This document shows positions 61,791 to 64,000 of a stretch of DNA of 64,000 nt, one piece after another (within the stretch, counting starts at the first letter, position 1; the number at the start of each line of letters is the position of its first letter). Origin of the DNA: Dictyostelium fasciculatum (lineage: Eukaryota). A model generated the notes under the pieces. That model worked only from the letters and a program-made list of their open reading frames with translations. It ran no database searches and was not told where the DNA came from. The stretch is from positions 137,358 to 201,357 of the forward strand of contig NW_004457713.1 of assembly GCF_000203815.1 (NCBI RefSeq), read 5' to 3'. The translations under genes and the position numbers were made by a program.

Positions 61791-63020
61791 AAAGGCTATA
61801 GTTTGAACAAAGACAATAAATTCATTGAACAAAATAGTAAGAAACCATCACCTTTATTCTATTCACATCATCATAATAAATATTTATATATTATGATGAT
61901 TATTTAGATTTGACAATGGGGATTAAAAAATAATAAATCAATCAATCAATTTGGTGGATTAGATTAATCATAACTATTGTTGTTGTAGGAACAAACAGTA
62001 AAAGGAGAGGAAAAGATATTAATAAAATTTAATTCATGTGCCCCCCAACTCTCCAACCATCACCTGCAAAAGTACGAAATTTCTACTTTTTATTTTATTG
62101 TTGTTGTCCTCCATCGTCCTCTTCATTATTATTTTCTACTCATTTCGATTCAAGCAGCCTCTAGCTCAAATAGAATAATAATATAGACAACAGCAGTAGC
62201 AAAGATAAGAAAAGGTAATAAATAAATAGAAATAGATACATAGGTAGATAGTTGTTGTTCATCAATATAGTATAGTCGTAGTTTAGATTTAATCTCTTTT
62301 CAGAATGATTTCAAAACAAAGACCAATCTCATTATTATTATTATTATCTTTGTGACTAGTTTCATCATCATCAACATCATCATCATCAACTTCACACAAT
62401 CAAGAATAACAGACAAGACAGATACATAATAAGTAGTGCGATATTAATTAATATTATTCTTGCACTGGGGATTATCATAATTTTTTTTTTACAAACAAAG
62501 GATTTTTTCTTTTAAAATTGATTATTTACTTGTTTGTCTCAAATATATAAATATATATTTAATCATCATAAATAATAATAATAATAATAATAATATATTT
62601 TTTTTTAGAAAATAGTATTTATATAGAAATTATAAACTAAAATATTTAGGATAATATAATATTATTGTGTGTATAAATATATTTTTGTGAATTAGATTGA
62701 TTTAATATATTTATTTATTTATATTCATATAACAGAAACAGTGGAAGTGAAATGTATATATATATATTAACATAGATATAACCCTCAATAAATGATTATT
62801 TAATTTAGGTCGCAAACTTTGCTTGAAATTTTAAAAAAACAAAAAAACACAAAAGAAGGTGCAAAGAAGAAAGAAACAAACAAACTATATTGCAGCTAGC
62901 TCATTAATAACAATACAACAAGAAGCAACAAATATCTTTAACGATAGAAATAATTAATAATAATAATATCGAGAGAGTTTGATAAAAGTTAAAGAGAGAG
63001 AGAGAAAACTCAGGTTCTTC

Positions 63021-64000
63021 ATGAAAACAGCTGTAACTCATCCACCAAATACAACTAGTACCAATACAAATACAAACGGCAATAATATTGTTGGGTGTCA
63101 TCATCACGGTCAATTACATCCTCCCAACAACAATAATAATAATAATAATACGTCAACAGACGAAACCGAATTATATAATAATTTAATGGCAAATGATGAT
63201 GACTATGAAGATGACGAGGAATTACTTTCATCGTATGAATCGTCTGCAGGAACAGCACAACATCAACAACATCAACAACAGGTGTTTATAAAGGATAATG
63301 CATATACTACCACGGTTGTTGCTGCTGCTTCGACCACCTTGCTCCAATCGAATGCTTCGCCACCACCACCAGCTTCATCTTCATCTACTCACAGCTCTCC
63401 AACATTGCAGAGTAGCGACAATAGTAACGGTACCCCCTCTACCTCTGCTATGAATCTTATTCATCATCATGGTAATGATCAACTAAAACAAGAAGAAGAA
63501 GAAAAAGAACAACAAAAACAATATTATACAATAATGAAGATATTAATATTAATAATGAAAATAATCAATCAACAAATAATTATTCTACCTCTTCTACTAC
63601 TCCTTCTTCTCCTCCTATCTGTACAGGTTTATCACAATCTACACCTGCTCTTATGACTAGTAGTGCCACCTCGTCGCCATGTAAACTCAATAATGGAAAT
63701 GGAGTTGGTCCAGTTGTGATTGACCCTGCCAATCTTGCCAACAACGGTACTACTACGGTTCTTCCCACGACTCAACAACTTCCACAAAGTCTACAAGGAT
63801 TGCCAATGGCAAGTGAACTCTATGAACTATTCTCATGTTTTAGAAGATACAAGCCTGCCATTTCCGGTAAAAAGGAAGATGAACTTTCAAAGTATCAATC
63901 ACAGGTCAATCAATTCTTTGAAAAAGATTATGTCATCTCGGTGATCAACAATAAGAATGGTGAATTGTGTGCTACCTATCCACCTGAATTGGTTGTAATT
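63021..64000 (+). CDS. Myotubularin-family lipid phosphatase, N-terminal part (gene continues past the window end). Putative exons 63021..63471 and 63540..64000+
   Basis: ORF from the ATG at 63021 (MKTAVTHPPN.. low-complexity). The frame changes between 63470 and 63540. A GTAATG donor after ..NLIHHH (phase 1) and an ..AATGAAG acceptor (68-nt intron) join in frame to DININ...MASELYELFSCFRRYKPAISGKKEDELSKYQSQVNQFFEKDYVISVINNKNGELCATYPPELVV. This matches the myotubularin segment NERYELCDTYPALLVVP that precedes the phosphatase domain. The catalytic domain itself lies beyond position 64000. Confidence 0.55.

Noticed and set aside
1-64000. Prokaryote-type features (CRISPR arrays, operons, Shine-Dalgarno sites, IS elements) and the TTG starts in the ORF track
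   Set aside because: The sequence is eukaryotic: spliceosomal introns with GTAAGT donors, nuclear genes such as Rab18, RFC4 and PKD2. I found no direct-repeat/spacer arrays. The track's 'M' at TTG/CTG codons marks internal exon starts, not real initiators.
1-64000. tRNA genes (expected as TRE-retroelement targets in dictyostelids)
   Set aside because: A visual scan for B-box-like GGTTCGAATCC/GGTTCAAATCC with a matching A box and acceptor stem found nothing convincing. The nearest look-alike (GTCGAATCAACC at about 56098) lacks the rest of a cloverleaf. This needs tRNAscan-SE to be definitive.

Overview
This is eukaryotic nuclear DNA, not prokaryotic. The AT-rich intergenic DNA, the short introns (57–507 nt) with GTAAGT/GTATGT donors and T-rich ...AG acceptors, and the poly-Asn/Gln/Thr coding tracts are typical of a dictyostelid social amoeba. 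GC3-rich codon usage in some genes suggests a non-discoideum species, which is an inference. I found no CRISPR array, rRNA gene, convincing tRNA gene or intact transposon. The window holds about 27 compactly packed protein-coding genes on both strands. By sequence signatures I identified Rab18, ribophorin II, a mitochondrial uS15-like ribosomal protein, formimidoyltransferase-cyclodeaminase, a DNA2-like nuclease-helicase, the Rieske Fe-S protein, RFC4, AVL9, HPRT, MUTYH, an RluA-type pseudouridine synthase, a p80-like Ctr copper transporter, a very large CRIB+gelsolin protein, polycystin-2, a PTPMT1-like phosphatase and a myotubularin fragment. The most unusual structure is a pair of nearly identical two-exon F-box/LRR genes in inverted orientation about 20 kb apart (13.9–15.4 kb minus, 35.5–37.1 kb plus). 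A rearranged, frameshifted third copy sits next to the second, and all three share an upstream motif. The block they bracket contains DNA2, Rieske, RFC4, AVL9, HPRT, a secreted Cys-rich protein, a GPI-anchored protein and MUTYH. Two GC-balanced islands of about 1.7 kb with no ORFs (30.7–32.5 kb and 55.3–57.1 kb) are unexplained. They may be ncRNA genes or transposon relics. The ORF track uses a bacterial table (TTG starts), so many 'M' residues are internal exon starts. I placed splice junctions by hand and they may be off by 1–2 nt.
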